Assembly (NCBI GenBank): GCA_052389695.1
Contig: JBQTHQ010000008.1
Location: 1 to 63,760 of the forward strand
Length of the DNA: 63,760 nt
Reading direction: 5' to 3'
DNA from: Bacteroidota bacterium
GTDB taxonomy: Bacteria; Bacteroidota; Bacteroidia; 2-12-FULL-35-15
Positions within the stretch are counted from its first letter, which is position 1. The number at the start of each line of letters is the position of its first letter. Positions 27,161 to 37,032 of this stretch are shown piece after piece. The notes beneath the pieces were generated by a model. That model searched no databases. It worked only from the letters and a program-made list of their open reading frames with translations, and was not told the origin of the DNA. The position numbers and the translations under genes were made by a program.

Positions 27161-28441
27161 ATGGTACATTTGTTTCAATTAATCACGAAGTTTCAAATGA
27201 TTTTTTTAGGTTTATTTAAAGAGAGTATTTTATTCGCCTTACATGCACTTGGAGTAAATAAACTACGTACTTTCCTTTCCCTGTTGGGCATCACTATTGG
27301 TATCTTCGCGATCATTACTGTATTTACCGTAGTGGATTCATTGGAGCAAAACCTCCGCAAAAGCGTAAAAAGTCTGGGGGATGATGTGGTATTTATACAA
27401 AAATGGCCCTGGGACTTTGATTCCAATTATCCCTGGTGGAAATACATGAACCGGCCTGTACCTGAATACAATGAATTGGATGAAATATTGCGGCAATGCG
27501 ATGGTGCGCAGGCTGCCGCATTTGTAATAAGCTCTCAAATAACCCTTAAATATAAAAACAACAACATTGAAAATGTGGATATCACTTGCGGATCTCACCA
27601 ATACGACAGGGTAAAAAACTTTGAAATTGCCGAGGGCCGTTATTTTACCGATATTGAATCTGCCGCCGGAAGGCCTGTAGCCATTATTGGCGATGCGCTT
27701 GCAAAAGCCCTGTTTCCTAATCAAACCCCTTTGGGAGAAACTGTAAAAATAAATGGGGCTAAAGCAATGGTGATAGGTGTTTTTAAAAAAGAGGGAGAAA
27801 GTATCTTAGGTGGTACATCTGATACAGAAGTACTGGTTCCCTTAAATTATGCCCGGAGCCTTATTGACATTCGAAACGAAAACCTTGAACCAGAGATCAG
27901 GGTAAGGGCAAAAGCCGGCATCAGCAATGAAGAGCTTATCAGTGAACTCACGGGCTTAATGCGAAATATACGTAAAACAAAACCGAGAGCGGAAAACGAT
28001 TTTGCACTGAATCAAACCAGTTTAATTTCCAACCAGTTCGACAGCCTGTTTGATGTTGTTGGGGTTGCAGGCTGGATCATTGGCGGCTTTTCAATTCTTG
28101 TTGGTGGTTTTGGTATCGCCAATATCATGTTTGTTTCAGTAAAAGAACGTACCAATATTATAGGAATTCAAAAATCATTGGGCGCAAAAAATTATTTTAT
28201 TCTTTTACAATTTTTATTTGAATCGGTGTTCTTATCTGTATTAGGCGGGGTGATCGGCTTATTGATTGTATTTATCATTACACTTCTTGCAGGTGATTCT
28301 TTTGGTATGGATGTAACACTAAGCCGATCCAACATTATTTTAGGATTTACTATTTCTATTCTGATCGGTGTGGTTTCGGGATTTGTTCCTGCTTATGGTG
28401 CTTCGCAGCTGGATCCGGTGGAGGCGATAAGGAGTAATTAA
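27161..28441 (+). CDS. ABC transporter permease, MacB/FtsX family
   Basis: Has an N-terminal TM helix (NKLRTFLSLLGITIGIFAI), a large periplasmic MacB-like domain and three C-terminal FtsX TM helices. ATG at 27197 (MIFLGLFKES) is an alternative start. No ATPase partner is adjacent. Confidence 0.85.
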   Translation: MVHLFQLITKFQMIFLGLFKESILFALHALGVNKLRTFLSLLGITIGIFAIITVFTVVDSLEQNLRKSVKSLGDDVVFIQKWPWDFDSNYPWWKYMNRPVPEYNELDEILRQCDGAQAAAFVISSQITLKYKNNNIENVDITCGSHQYDRVKNFEIAEGRYFTDIESAAGRPVAIIGDALAKALFPNQTPLGETVKINGAKAMVIGVFKKEGESILGGTSDTEVLVPLNYARSLIDIRNENLEPEIRVRAKAGISNEELISELTGLMRNIRKTKPRAENDFALNQTSLISNQFDSLFDVVGVAGWIIGGFSILVGGFGIANIMFVSVKERTNIIGIQKSLGAKNYFILLQFLFESVFLSVLGGVIGLLIVFIITLLAGDSFGMDVTLSRSNIILGFTISILIGVVSGFVPAYGASQLDPVEAIRSN

Positions 28442-28450
28442 GCAAAGTGA

Positions 28451-28540
28451 ATAGACAGTAGGCAATTGGACAGTTAGCAATATTAAGACTTTCAAAAAAA
28501 TTTAACCGCAGAGAACGCAGAGAAAACACGGAGAACGGAA
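28451..28540 (+). repeat. Intergenic word-repeat tract (CAGTAGGCAATTG words, then CGCAGAGAA words)
   Basis: atagacagtaggcaattggacagttagcaat shares words with 648-680. It is followed by ccgcagagaacgcagagaaaacacggagaacgg. Confidence 0.65.
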
Positions 28541-28556
28541 AAGAAAAGCAAAAAAT

Positions 28557-28889
28557 ATGGGCTATAAAAATGTTTGTTTAGGTTGCAGAAAAGCCTTTAA
28601 TCGAACTCTTAATACTGAGAAAAAGATATTTAAGTGTCCTGAATGTAGTAAAGACACGACATCTTTATCGCATCGTTTTAGGCCTCCAGTTAAAAACGAC
28701 TTGTCTAAATGGGCAGTAGTTAAACTTCTTATTGAAAATGGTTTCACCTACGATCACATTTATTTAAAAATCGAAACAAATAATGGAGTAAAATCTTATT
28801 CTGGTTACGCCAAATACCCCGAAAATATAAGAGATGCTAGAGAGTTTATTGAAAAATATAAAGATCAAGTAGCAAACACAGATTCGTAA
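28557..28889 (+). CDS. Small zinc-ribbon protein (110 aa), function unknown
   Basis: Two CxxC pairs (CLGC ... CPEC) at the N-terminus. The ORF is bracketed by the two repeat modules that are contiguous at other loci. Confidence 0.55.
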   Translation: MGYKNVCLGCRKAFNRTLNTEKKIFKCPECSKDTTSLSHRFRPPVKNDLSKWAVVKLLIENGFTYDHIYLKIETNNGVKSYSGYAKYPENIRDAREFIEKYKDQVANTDS

Positions 28890-28913
28890 ATTCGTATAGA
28901 TTCGTTATCTGTA
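28882..28913 (+). repeat. ATTCGT-repeat motif (four hexamers)
   Basis: ATTCGT at 28882, 28890 and 28900, and ATCTGT at 28907. The motif overlaps the stop codon of the zinc-ribbon ORF. Confidence 0.7.
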
Positions 28914-28915
28914 TC

Positions 28916-30922
28916 CTATTTTCCTACTATCACAAACTCCGTTCTTCTGTTTTTAGCACGCCCTTCCGGAGTATTATTATCAGCAATGGGTTTGGAGGCA
29001 CCAAATCCTTTAAAAGCGATCAGGCGTTTTTCATCAATTCCTTTTTCAAGTAGTTTGTCCCTGACTGTAAATGCCCGATCAGCAGAAAGTGAAATGTTTG
29101 CTTTTTCATTTCCTATATTATCCGTATGACCATACATCTCAATAGTAATTGTTGGATTAGCTTTTAAGAATTCTACGAATTCTTCAATTACGATCATGGA
29201 GCGGGGATCTAATTCAGCAGAATTAGTGGTATAGTAAATATTGTTCAAGGGATAAGTTTCTCCTACCTTAACAGTATCTACCGGCATATTTACCTTTACC
29301 GGTTTAGAGCTTTTAATGGAATCTTTTGAGATCAACTGGGAACTGAATGCATAATTATCTTTTTTCACTGTAATGATCAGATCGTTTTTCACTTTCGTAT
29401 TTACTACCACCGCATAATCCCCTGTAATTGTATCTACCATTGCTTCTGTCACCTTTTTGGTAACAGCATCCTTCACTTCTACTTTAAAATCTTTTTTCTC
29501 TGTATTTCCTTTATCTTCCACTTTTCCTTTAAAGAAAGCTACTTCATCCGGACGCGCTTCTTTATATAATTCAAAAGAATAAATATCATGTTTACCAACA
29601 CTTTTTCCTTTTGCACGGGAAGGTTCATTGGATGCAAAATATCCCAAATGGCCATCGGTACTTACAAAAAAACCAAGGTCATCTGCCACTGTATTGATAG
29701 GGATTCCAATGTTTTTAGGCTCTCCCCATTTCCCATCTTCACCTTTGCGGGAAAGAAAAATATCAAAACCTCCTACCCCCGGTTGTCCGTCGGATGAAAA
29801 ATAAATAGTCTGAAAATCGGAGTGAATAAATGGTGTTTTTTCATCAGCACTGGTATTAATAACAGGACCAAGGTTTTCGGGTTTGCTCCATATACCGGTT
29901 ACAATATCTTTAACGGTTACATACAGATCAACGCCACCGCGACCACCTTTTCTATCACTTGCAAAATAAAGTGTTTTTCCATCCGATGCAATGGTGGGTT
30001 GTGAATCCCAACGCTCCGGATCATTGATACCCTCTACTTTTTTAGCTACTGTCCATTCACCATTTATATTATCTGAATAATAAATATCACAATTAATGGT
30101 AGCGCCACCTTCATCTTTGCAGGTTGTGAAAAACAAATGTTTATTATCAATGGACATGGTTGCACCGCCTTCGCTTCCATTTTTATTGAAAGGATGAGGC
30201 ATGCGTTGTCCTTTTGTAAATTTTCCCGTTTGATCCCTTTTACTGTAGCTAAACAGTTCCAGTTCTTTATCTGTTTCATAAACAAGGTCCTTATTGGTAT
30301 AAGGTTGTCTGCGTGTAAACAGCATCATTTCATCATCAGCGGAAATTATAGGCAGGTATTCATCTCTTTCTGTACAAATTCCTGGAACAGGGTAAGGATC
30401 AAAAGGGACAATATTTTTGGCAAGTTCATCGTATAATTTTGCATACTTCAACATTGTCTTTGCCTGCTTCAGCAATTCATCATAATTCTTATTGAATTTT
30501 TTGTCATCATCGCTTTTAAAATTCAGATAGTCTTTTAAATATTTTGCAGACTCCTGCCATTTTTCTTCTTCAAAATAAATAAATGCCAGATAATAATAGG
30601 GATCAGAATGATATTTAGGGCATAGCTCAATTACCTTTTTTAAATAGGGTTCAATAGGTTTGAATGGAGCATCTGCATATATCATGGTTCTGATACGTTC
30701 ATCTGCATAAGCAAAATTGGCTTCCACATAATCAGGCTCAAGGTCAATTGCCTGTTTTAGAAATGCTAAACGTTCTTCTTTTTTATTTTTTTTATCTGTT
30801 CCCTGCTCATACAATTTCTTCGCTTTCTTATTTTCTATTTCAGGACAAGGTGTTTCGTCCTGTGCGAAGGAAGAAAAAGCAAACGCTAATAAAAACAGTA
30901 ATATAAAAAATTTAAATCTCAT
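28916..30922 (-). CDS. OmpA-family protein with TPR and TolB-like beta-propeller repeats
   Basis: Has a signal peptide, an N-terminal TPR-like region and repeated S.DG..LYF.S blades (ASDGKTLYFASDR, HSDFQTIYFSSDG, STDGHLGYFAS). The C-terminal OmpA domain reads GHTDNIGNEKANISLSADRA...NRRTEFVIV. Confidence 0.85.
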   Translation of the reverse strand: MRFKFFILLFLLAFAFSSFAQDETPCPEIENKKAKKLYEQGTDKKNKKEERLAFLKQAIDLEPDYVEANFAYADERIRTMIYADAPFKPIEPYLKKVIELCPKYHSDPYYYLAFIYFEEEKWQESAKYLKDYLNFKSDDDKKFNKNYDELLKQAKTMLKYAKLYDELAKNIVPFDPYPVPGICTERDEYLPIISADDEMMLFTRRQPYTNKDLVYETDKELELFSYSKRDQTGKFTKGQRMPHPFNKNGSEGGATMSIDNKHLFFTTCKDEGGATINCDIYYSDNINGEWTVAKKVEGINDPERWDSQPTIASDGKTLYFASDRKGGRGGVDLYVTVKDIVTGIWSKPENLGPVINTSADEKTPFIHSDFQTIYFSSDGQPGVGGFDIFLSRKGEDGKWGEPKNIGIPINTVADDLGFFVSTDGHLGYFASNEPSRAKGKSVGKHDIYSFELYKEARPDEVAFFKGKVEDKGNTEKKDFKVEVKDAVTKKVTEAMVDTITGDYAVVVNTKVKNDLIITVKKDNYAFSSQLISKDSIKSSKPVKVNMPVDTVKVGETYPLNNIYYTTNSAELDPRSMIVIEEFVEFLKANPTITIEMYGHTDNIGNEKANISLSADRAFTVRDKLLEKGIDEKRLIAFKGFGASKPIADNNTPEGRAKNRRTEFVIVGK

Positions 30923-31052
30923 AATTGATTACGCTATATTCTAAACATCCCCCTACAACACACAATCACACGCACTCCCCCTCTCTCATCACACAACCAT
31001 GCACTCAAGGGGGACTTTTTCTCAATACTCAAATCTAATATCTCAAATCTAT

Positions 31053-33866
31053 TTATTGCAACTTCTTATCTGACTCTGCTTTTGCATTGATCAAAATCTG
31101 GTCCGCTTTTTTATTTGCTTCATCAAGTATTACCTGGGCTTTTTTATCTACTTCTTTTTTAGCAGCAGGTGCAGCGGCCTTAGCGGTAACTTTCGCGATC
31201 GGATTTTTTATAGTTTCAATATTTTTATCAATTGCAGCATAACCTTCTACTTTTGTTTTTTCTGCCAACACAGCTGCGTCAGCTTTAATTTTATCAACTT
31301 CCGCTTGCGCATCTTTCATGATCTTTTCAGACTCTTCTCTGGCTTTTTGTTTTGCCATATCCACTCCCTGTGTTACCATTTCTTTTACTGTTTCCTTGGT
31401 ATCACCTTTCTCTTTTGAATTAAACAGATCGGTCTTTAAAGTCGGTTTGGTTACAGTACCGCCAAACAAGGCTTTGATCTTGATCTTGTCGCCCAATTTT
31501 ACATTGGTTCCAGCTTGTTTATTGATCTGATCAAGAATGCTGTTTGCAGCCGCATTCGCTTGTCCGCCGAATTCAGCACGCGGAATTTCCAGTGCCCAGG
31601 TATAATCAATGGTCTGGTCGAAACCGGTTGATCCTTTCACCTTACCTGTTATATTACCTGATTTTATTGGCATCTCCTCTACTTCTACTCTGCCATCTTT
31701 AAATGCGTAGCTGGCATTCACATCTTCCAATGTCAACTTTTTGTATTTCTCTTGTTTTAATGCATCAGCTAATTTATTCAACGGTTCAAAGCCTTCCAAT
31801 ACAACACTCTTGGTTTGCAGCTTACCACCACCGGTCAATGTAGTTAACACAGGCTCCATGTGTTCATCCAAAGCAGTTGTAAATTTCATCTGGGTACCAA
31901 ATTTACCTTTGGCATACTGCCCAATTGGAGCAAGTTTTTTAACGGAATTGAAAGAATTAAAAGTTTTAGGTATATCAAAACCTGCAATGTCCACATCAAA
32001 ATCAACCAATGGTTTCTTTTCATTTTGAGTATTATAAACACCGGTAAGCATCATGGTTCCTTCCAACTCCTTCATATCCATTTTTAAATGATCCAGCGAC
32101 ATTTTGCTATCGCGAATTGTTACCCCGCCAGAAATATTGGTAATATCTAAATTATCATATAACATGCGGGCAACTCCGGCATTTAATTTCACATCCAAAT
32201 TGTTTGGCACAACAAAAATTGTCATTGGCACCGTATCAACCACAGCAGTAGCTGCAGTAGCGCTATCTTCTGCCATTAATTCATTCAGATCAATCAGAGA
32301 AGAATTTAAACTGAATGAACCTTTTAATAAGGAATCTTTCAGTGCATATTGCAGGAAGTTTTCAATTTTTCCATTCATCTGGAAATCGCTTTTACCAACT
32401 TTTGCATCCAATTGTGAAAGTTCCACAAATTGAGGGGTGAAATTCAAATACAATTTACTGATCTGGGTAGGGAAGCTTAATGATTTAGATTGATAGTTCA
32501 TATCCAGAATACCCAATTGTCCTTTTGCATCAAACTCTTCGTATCGTTCTTTTTCTATGGACGACATACGGCCTTTCATCTTCACATCAGCAGTGATCAA
32601 CCCGTTGAGGTCATCACCTTTTTCAAGAGGCATTACATCCTTTACAGTCGCTAAATTAATTTTCGCCAATACTTCTGCCCATATATTCGCATCTGAAACG
32701 GGTGTGGAAACATGCATTTTCGCATCAACAGGATTTCCGGCCATTTCTATGTGAAATTTATTTAAATCGATAACAGTTGCATCGGGATCACCTGTTTTAT
32801 TGTCGACAACCAGATCCACCTGAATATTGTTTACAGATTTGGGCAATGAGGGATATTGAAACATTGCATCTTTAATTAGCAATCTTCCACCAAAAGCGGG
32901 CATTTTTTTATCATTATAAACACCTTTTGCAAAACCATCCAATGCTAATGATCCTGAAGTTTTTACATCTTTAAAGCTATCGGTATAAGCACCGGGAACA
33001 AGCGATAGAATATTTTTAAATTCGGTTTGATTCGCTTTAAATTTCAGATCCATATCCATATCATCTTTGGGCATCGCGAAATAACCATCCAAACCAAGTG
33101 TCAATTCATTGAAAGAGAATTCATTTTCTTTAAATGTAAATTTAAAGTTGGGCATATCGGCATCCATATCTGATTTAATGCGTGTCTTCACTTTGCTCAT
33201 ATAAGTAACCCCGCCATAAGCCATTGTCATTTTCTCAATTTCTGTAAGCGTTTCCAATAAAAAGTGATCAGAACCAAAATCACCGCTCAAGGTGTGGTTC
33301 ATATTGTACAGCTCGGTTTTAAAATCCATTGAAGCATCATCATACAAGATGTATGCATTTTTAATTTCAAATTTTTCCAATGTCATTTTAAATGGTGCCG
33401 AAGCAGCTGTATCCACAGCCGTTGTATCTGCAGAAGGTTTAGCAATATCCCAGTTCGCCTTTCCGTCTTTCAAAACCAAGGCGTGAATGCGTGGCTGATC
33501 AATAGAAATAGTATTGATCTTATATTCATCACCTTTGATCACACTCATCAGGTTTAAACCTACCGTCAGATTTTTAGCATACAATAAAGTATCACCCTCA
33601 AAGTCACCGATATTGGCTACACTCACGCTATCCACCGAAAGTGTAAAATCCGGAAATGAACTGATCAGGCTCAGGTCAAAATCACCAAAGTTGACTTTTG
33701 CATTCAAATTTTCATTGGCTGCATCTTTTACCAATTGCACAATTTGACTCTTGAACAAGAATGGTACTGCAATGATCAATAGCAAAAGGATCAGAAAACT
33801 AATTCCTGTCCACTTAAGGATCCTGCCTACTAAACTTTTTTTCTTTTTTGGTGTTTCTGTTGTCAT
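31053..33866 (-). CDS. AsmA-family outer-membrane biogenesis protein
   Basis: 937 aa with an N-terminal TM anchor (GISFLILLLLIIAVPFLF) and a long beta-rich body typical of AsmA-like proteins. The tail is Lys/Ala-rich and helical. Confidence 0.7.
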   Translation of the reverse strand: MTTETPKKKKSLVGRILKWTGISFLILLLLIIAVPFLFKSQIVQLVKDAANENLNAKVNFGDFDLSLISSFPDFTLSVDSVSVANIGDFEGDTLLYAKNLTVGLNLMSVIKGDEYKINTISIDQPRIHALVLKDGKANWDIAKPSADTTAVDTAASAPFKMTLEKFEIKNAYILYDDASMDFKTELYNMNHTLSGDFGSDHFLLETLTEIEKMTMAYGGVTYMSKVKTRIKSDMDADMPNFKFTFKENEFSFNELTLGLDGYFAMPKDDMDMDLKFKANQTEFKNILSLVPGAYTDSFKDVKTSGSLALDGFAKGVYNDKKMPAFGGRLLIKDAMFQYPSLPKSVNNIQVDLVVDNKTGDPDATVIDLNKFHIEMAGNPVDAKMHVSTPVSDANIWAEVLAKINLATVKDVMPLEKGDDLNGLITADVKMKGRMSSIEKERYEEFDAKGQLGILDMNYQSKSLSFPTQISKLYLNFTPQFVELSQLDAKVGKSDFQMNGKIENFLQYALKDSLLKGSFSLNSSLIDLNELMAEDSATAATAVVDTVPMTIFVVPNNLDVKLNAGVARMLYDNLDITNISGGVTIRDSKMSLDHLKMDMKELEGTMMLTGVYNTQNEKKPLVDFDVDIAGFDIPKTFNSFNSVKKLAPIGQYAKGKFGTQMKFTTALDEHMEPVLTTLTGGGKLQTKSVVLEGFEPLNKLADALKQEKYKKLTLEDVNASYAFKDGRVEVEEMPIKSGNITGKVKGSTGFDQTIDYTWALEIPRAEFGGQANAAANSILDQINKQAGTNVKLGDKIKIKALFGGTVTKPTLKTDLFNSKEKGDTKETVKEMVTQGVDMAKQKAREESEKIMKDAQAEVDKIKADAAVLAEKTKVEGYAAIDKNIETIKNPIAKVTAKAAAPAAKKEVDKKAQVILDEANKKADQILINAKAESDKKLQ

Positions 33867-33870
33867 AGCT

Positions 33871-33985
33871 CTACGAATTACGAATTTATACGAATATACT
33901 GATCTGTGTTTGTTATCGGTTAATGGTTAATAGTTAATGGCTATCTGTTATTTCTATTGTCTATTGCCAACTGCATAATTGCCTA
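33871..33985 (-). repeat. Intergenic word-repeat tract, inverted orientation (GGCAAT words ... ATTCGT-triplet)
   Basis: The reverse complement reads ctaggcaattatgcagttggcaatagacaatag...ccattaactattaaccattaacc...attcgtataaattcgtaattcgtag. Hexamers have 10+7 spacing. The last hexamer lies 6 nt upstream of the AsmA start codon. Confidence 0.75.
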
Positions 33986-35803
33986 GTTTATCATTTCCTG
34001 CCACTTACTTATCACTGCCTGATCCACACTGTAGCCTTTACTAATAGCTAGGTTTGCATCTTCAACAGCTTTTGCATAATTTCCCTTCGACTCATGGACC
34101 AATGCACGGAAATAAAATATTTTCCCTTCATTTGACCTTAATTGTTCCGCTTTATTATACTGTTCAATTGCCAAATCATATTTCCCACTTTTATAATATG
34201 CTACTCCCATATTGATCATTCCATCTGCGTTATCCGGAGTTTTGATCAATGCTCTTTTAAAATCTTCGATACCCAACTCATATTTCCCAAGGAAATCTGT
34301 ATAAATAACACCCCTGTTAAAGAACGTTTGTCCTTCTGTTGTGTCTAACTCTATTGATTTATTATAATCGAGGAGGGCCTTTTCATAATTTTGTTTACGT
34401 TGATAAGAAAGTCCCCTGTTCAAATATAAACGAAAAAATTCAGGATCAATTTGTATACCACGATTAAAATCTGCTATTGCCTTATCGTATTCCTTAAATT
34501 CATTGTACATATAGCCCCGGTTATTGTAGGCAATTTTCGAATCAGGATATTTTTTGATCACATCGCTCCAGAACTCCACACTGTTATGCCAGATCTTGGT
34601 TCTTCCCCAAGTAGCAATTAAAAGAAAAAGGATATAACCTGCTACAATATATCCCAAGTAATTTTTCAGCCCTTCCATAAATTTATACTGGGAAGCATTA
34701 CAAATCACATGGGCCAACACAAATGACAATCCAATGTAAGGTATGTATGTATATCGCTCTGCCATAATGGTTTCGCCAACAGGTAAAAATTGCAATACAG
34801 GAAAAATGGTTGCTCCGAAAAATAATATTCCCCATAAAATAGTTTTGTCTTTTCGAATCTTAAACGCGAAAAAGAGTAATACTAAAACAATCAATGGTGA
34901 CAAGTAAAGAATTAAAGGAAGAGTTTCTCCTTGAAGGAAGGGATATGGGTGATAACCTGCCATACCAAAAGGAACAAAAGCTTTAACGATATACATCAGC
35001 AAACCATAATTACCCGAAAAGAAACTATTAAGCGGAGAAATATGAAGTGCGTTTACCGCCAGGGTTGTTTTTTGTGCTATGAAAGTAATGTAACCAAAGA
35101 ATAAAGTCAGCGCTATATACGGGATCTTTTCAAGGATCACTTTTTTATCATATTTCCGTTCGTATAAAAGATCAATCAGAATAATAATAGCTGTAAGTGT
35201 TACTGCTTGTCCTTTTGAGAGTATTGAGCAAATAAAACATAACAAAGAATAAATAAAGTATTTTGATTCGTTCTTTAAAAGATATTGTACATAAGCCAGC
35301 AAAGAAAGCAGATAAAAAAAAGCATATAGTACATCTCTACGCTCCGCCACCCATGCAACGGACTCTACATGCATGGGATGAATACCAAATAACAAAGCGG
35401 TGAGTGCAGCTACCCATTTTTGTTTTTTTGTCAGATGATAAATAAAAAAGAAAACCAGTAATGTATTTGCCAGGTGAATAATAACATTGGTGGTATGAAA
35501 AACAGCAGGGTTCAATCCGGATATACTGTAATCAATAGCGTATGTTAATATGGTAAGCGGACAATAGTTACCCATGTAGAAATTGCTGAACATGGCAGCA
35601 ATATTTTTGAAGGAAAGACTTGTAATATCTACATTTCCAAGAACAAAAGTAGGATCATCCCAATTTACAAAGTCGCTGCCTTTTAAAGGAAAATAGGCAA
35701 TAATGGTAAGTATTATAATACCGGCAGGAAGTAACCAAAAATATTTCCCAGTATTTTTTTGAGAACTTTGATTATTTTTTTTCTGCTGATTTTTTTTACT
35801 CAT
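33983..35803 (-). CDS. Polytopic GT-C/PMT_2-like membrane domain fused to TPR repeats (TMTC-like architecture)
   Basis: 606 aa. The N-terminal ~400 aa contains many hydrophobic helices. The C-terminal ~200 aa contains several TPR units (AYNNRGYMYNEFKEYDKAIADFNRGIQIDP...). Confidence 0.75.
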   Translation of the reverse strand: MSKKNQQKKNNQSSQKNTGKYFWLLPAGIIILTIIAYFPLKGSDFVNWDDPTFVLGNVDITSLSFKNIAAMFSNFYMGNYCPLTILTYAIDYSISGLNPAVFHTTNVIIHLANTLLVFFFIYHLTKKQKWVAALTALLFGIHPMHVESVAWVAERRDVLYAFFYLLSLLAYVQYLLKNESKYFIYSLLCFICSILSKGQAVTLTAIIILIDLLYERKYDKKVILEKIPYIALTLFFGYITFIAQKTTLAVNALHISPLNSFFSGNYGLLMYIVKAFVPFGMAGYHPYPFLQGETLPLILYLSPLIVLVLLFFAFKIRKDKTILWGILFFGATIFPVLQFLPVGETIMAERYTYIPYIGLSFVLAHVICNASQYKFMEGLKNYLGYIVAGYILFLLIATWGRTKIWHNSVEFWSDVIKKYPDSKIAYNNRGYMYNEFKEYDKAIADFNRGIQIDPEFFRLYLNRGLSYQRKQNYEKALLDYNKSIELDTTEGQTFFNRGVIYTDFLGKYELGIEDFKRALIKTPDNADGMINMGVAYYKSGKYDLAIEQYNKAEQLRSNEGKIFYFRALVHESKGNYAKAVEDANLAISKGYSVDQAVISKWQEMIN

Positions 35804-35820
35804 TGGTAATAAATGACCCT

Positions 35821-36906
35821 TTACAATTTCCCAATCTTAGCTCTCAATAAATGATCAACCAGCACAAGCGCGGCCATAGCCTCAACAATAGGTACAGCAC
35901 GTGGCAATACACAAGGATCATGTCGGCCTTTACCCATCATTTCAACAGCTTCACCTTTTGAGTTTACGGTATCTTGTTTTTGCATAATAGTGGCGACAGG
36001 TTTAAATGCCACGCGGAAATATATATCTTCTCCGTTGCTGATACCACCTTGTATTCCACCCGAATGGTTAGACCTCACCCCTATCCCCTTTCCCAAGGAG
36101 AGGGGGACAAATGCATCATTGTGTTGTGAGCCATTCATTTTCACGCCTTCAAAACCACTACCGTATTCAAAACCCTTTACTGCATTAATGCTCAACATGG
36201 CTTTTCCAAGATCCGCATGTAGTTTATCAAACACCGGTTCTCCCATACCTACAGGAGTTCCTTTAACAACACAGGAAATTACTCCACCAATAGTATCACC
36301 TGCTTTTCTTACTTGTTCGATCTTTTGGATCATGGTATCTGCAAGCAATGTATCCGGACAACGAACAATATTAGAATCTATCTTGCTTAAGTCAAGGTCG
36401 TTGTATGATTTTAATAGTTTTATATCACCAACCTGCGAAGTAAAAGCATTAATGATAATTCCGTTTTGTTTTAAGATCAGTTTCGCGATCGCGCCCGCCA
36501 CTACCCTACTCACTGTTTCACGTGCAGATGATCGGCCACCACCACGATGATCGCGCATTCCGTATTTGGCATCATAAGTATAATCCGCGTGAGATGGACG
36601 ATACACATCTTTATTATGGTCGTAATCTTTTGATTTTTGGTTTTCATTGCGGATAATAAATCCTATGGGTGTTCCCATCGTTTTACCTTCAAAAATACCC
36701 GATAAAAATTCTACTTTATCATCTTCCTTGCGTTGTGTAACAATGTGCGACTGTCCCGGACGTCTTCTGTCAAGCTCCGACTGAATAAAATTCAGGTCGA
36801 TGCTTAATCCTGCAGGACAACCATCAATAATCCCTCCGAGGGCCTCGCCATGCGATTCGCCGAAAGTGGTAATTGTAAAATTTTTTCCGAAATTATTGCC
36901 TGCCAT
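35821..36906 (-). CDS. aroC: Chorismate synthase (carrying an in-frame REP-like insertion)
   Basis: 361 aa with [27 protein letters not shown] and [14 protein letters not shown] motifs. Confidence 0.93.
   Translation of the reverse strand: MAGNNFGKNFTITTFGESHGEALGGIIDGCPAGLSIDLNFIQSELDRRRPGQSHIVTQRKEDDKVEFLSGIFEGKTMGTPIGFIIRNENQKSKDYDHNKDVYRPSHADYTYDAKYGMRDHRGGGRSSARETVSRVVAGAIAKLILKQNGIIINAFTSQVGDIKLLKSYNDLDLSKIDSNIVRCPDTLLADTMIQKIEQVRKAGDTIGGVISCVVKGTPVGMGEPVFDKLHADLGKAMLSINAVKGFEYGSGFEGVKMNGSQHNDAFVPLSLGKGIGVRSNHSGGIQGGISNGEDIYFRVAFKPVATIMQKQDTVNSKGEAVEMMGKGRHDPCVLPRAVPIVEAMAALVLVDHLLRAKIGKL
36073..36106 (-). repeat. REP-like element, same family, copy 3, inside the aroC coding sequence
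   Basis: The coding strand reads ccccctctccttgggaaaggggataggggtgagg and encodes [11 protein letters not shown] in frame. It aligns with the intergenic copies at 10402-10434 and 13468-13497. The hairpin arm is degraded (ggaaagggg instead of ggagaggg). Confidence 0.65.
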
Positions 36907-37032
36907 AAGTTTTATTTTTGCTAAACAGGCAAATTTAATGAATTAATAGTTGATATTTTTCGACTGCCAAAAAAATAAAAAACCACCTCATAATCCTCTA
37001 TTAATACTTATCTTTCAACTTTATTTCCATTT

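Noticed and set aside
30985-31020. Hairpin tccccct-N26-aggggga followed by T5 on the + strand as a terminator
   Set aside because: No + strand gene lies upstream of it, and the loop is very large. On the transcribed minus strand no T-run follows the stem.
35990-36550. Long antisense ORFs inside well-identified genes. These include 35990-36550 in aroC, 39364-39912 and 38680-39036 in ftcD, 24689-25054 in mreB, 25543-25953 in purH, 13527-13883 in leuC and 8684-9088 in carB.
   Set aside because: Each lies opposite a gene with strong family motifs. Their products are low-complexity (Ser/Pro/Ala/Ile-rich) with no recognisable motifs, which is typical of shadow frames.
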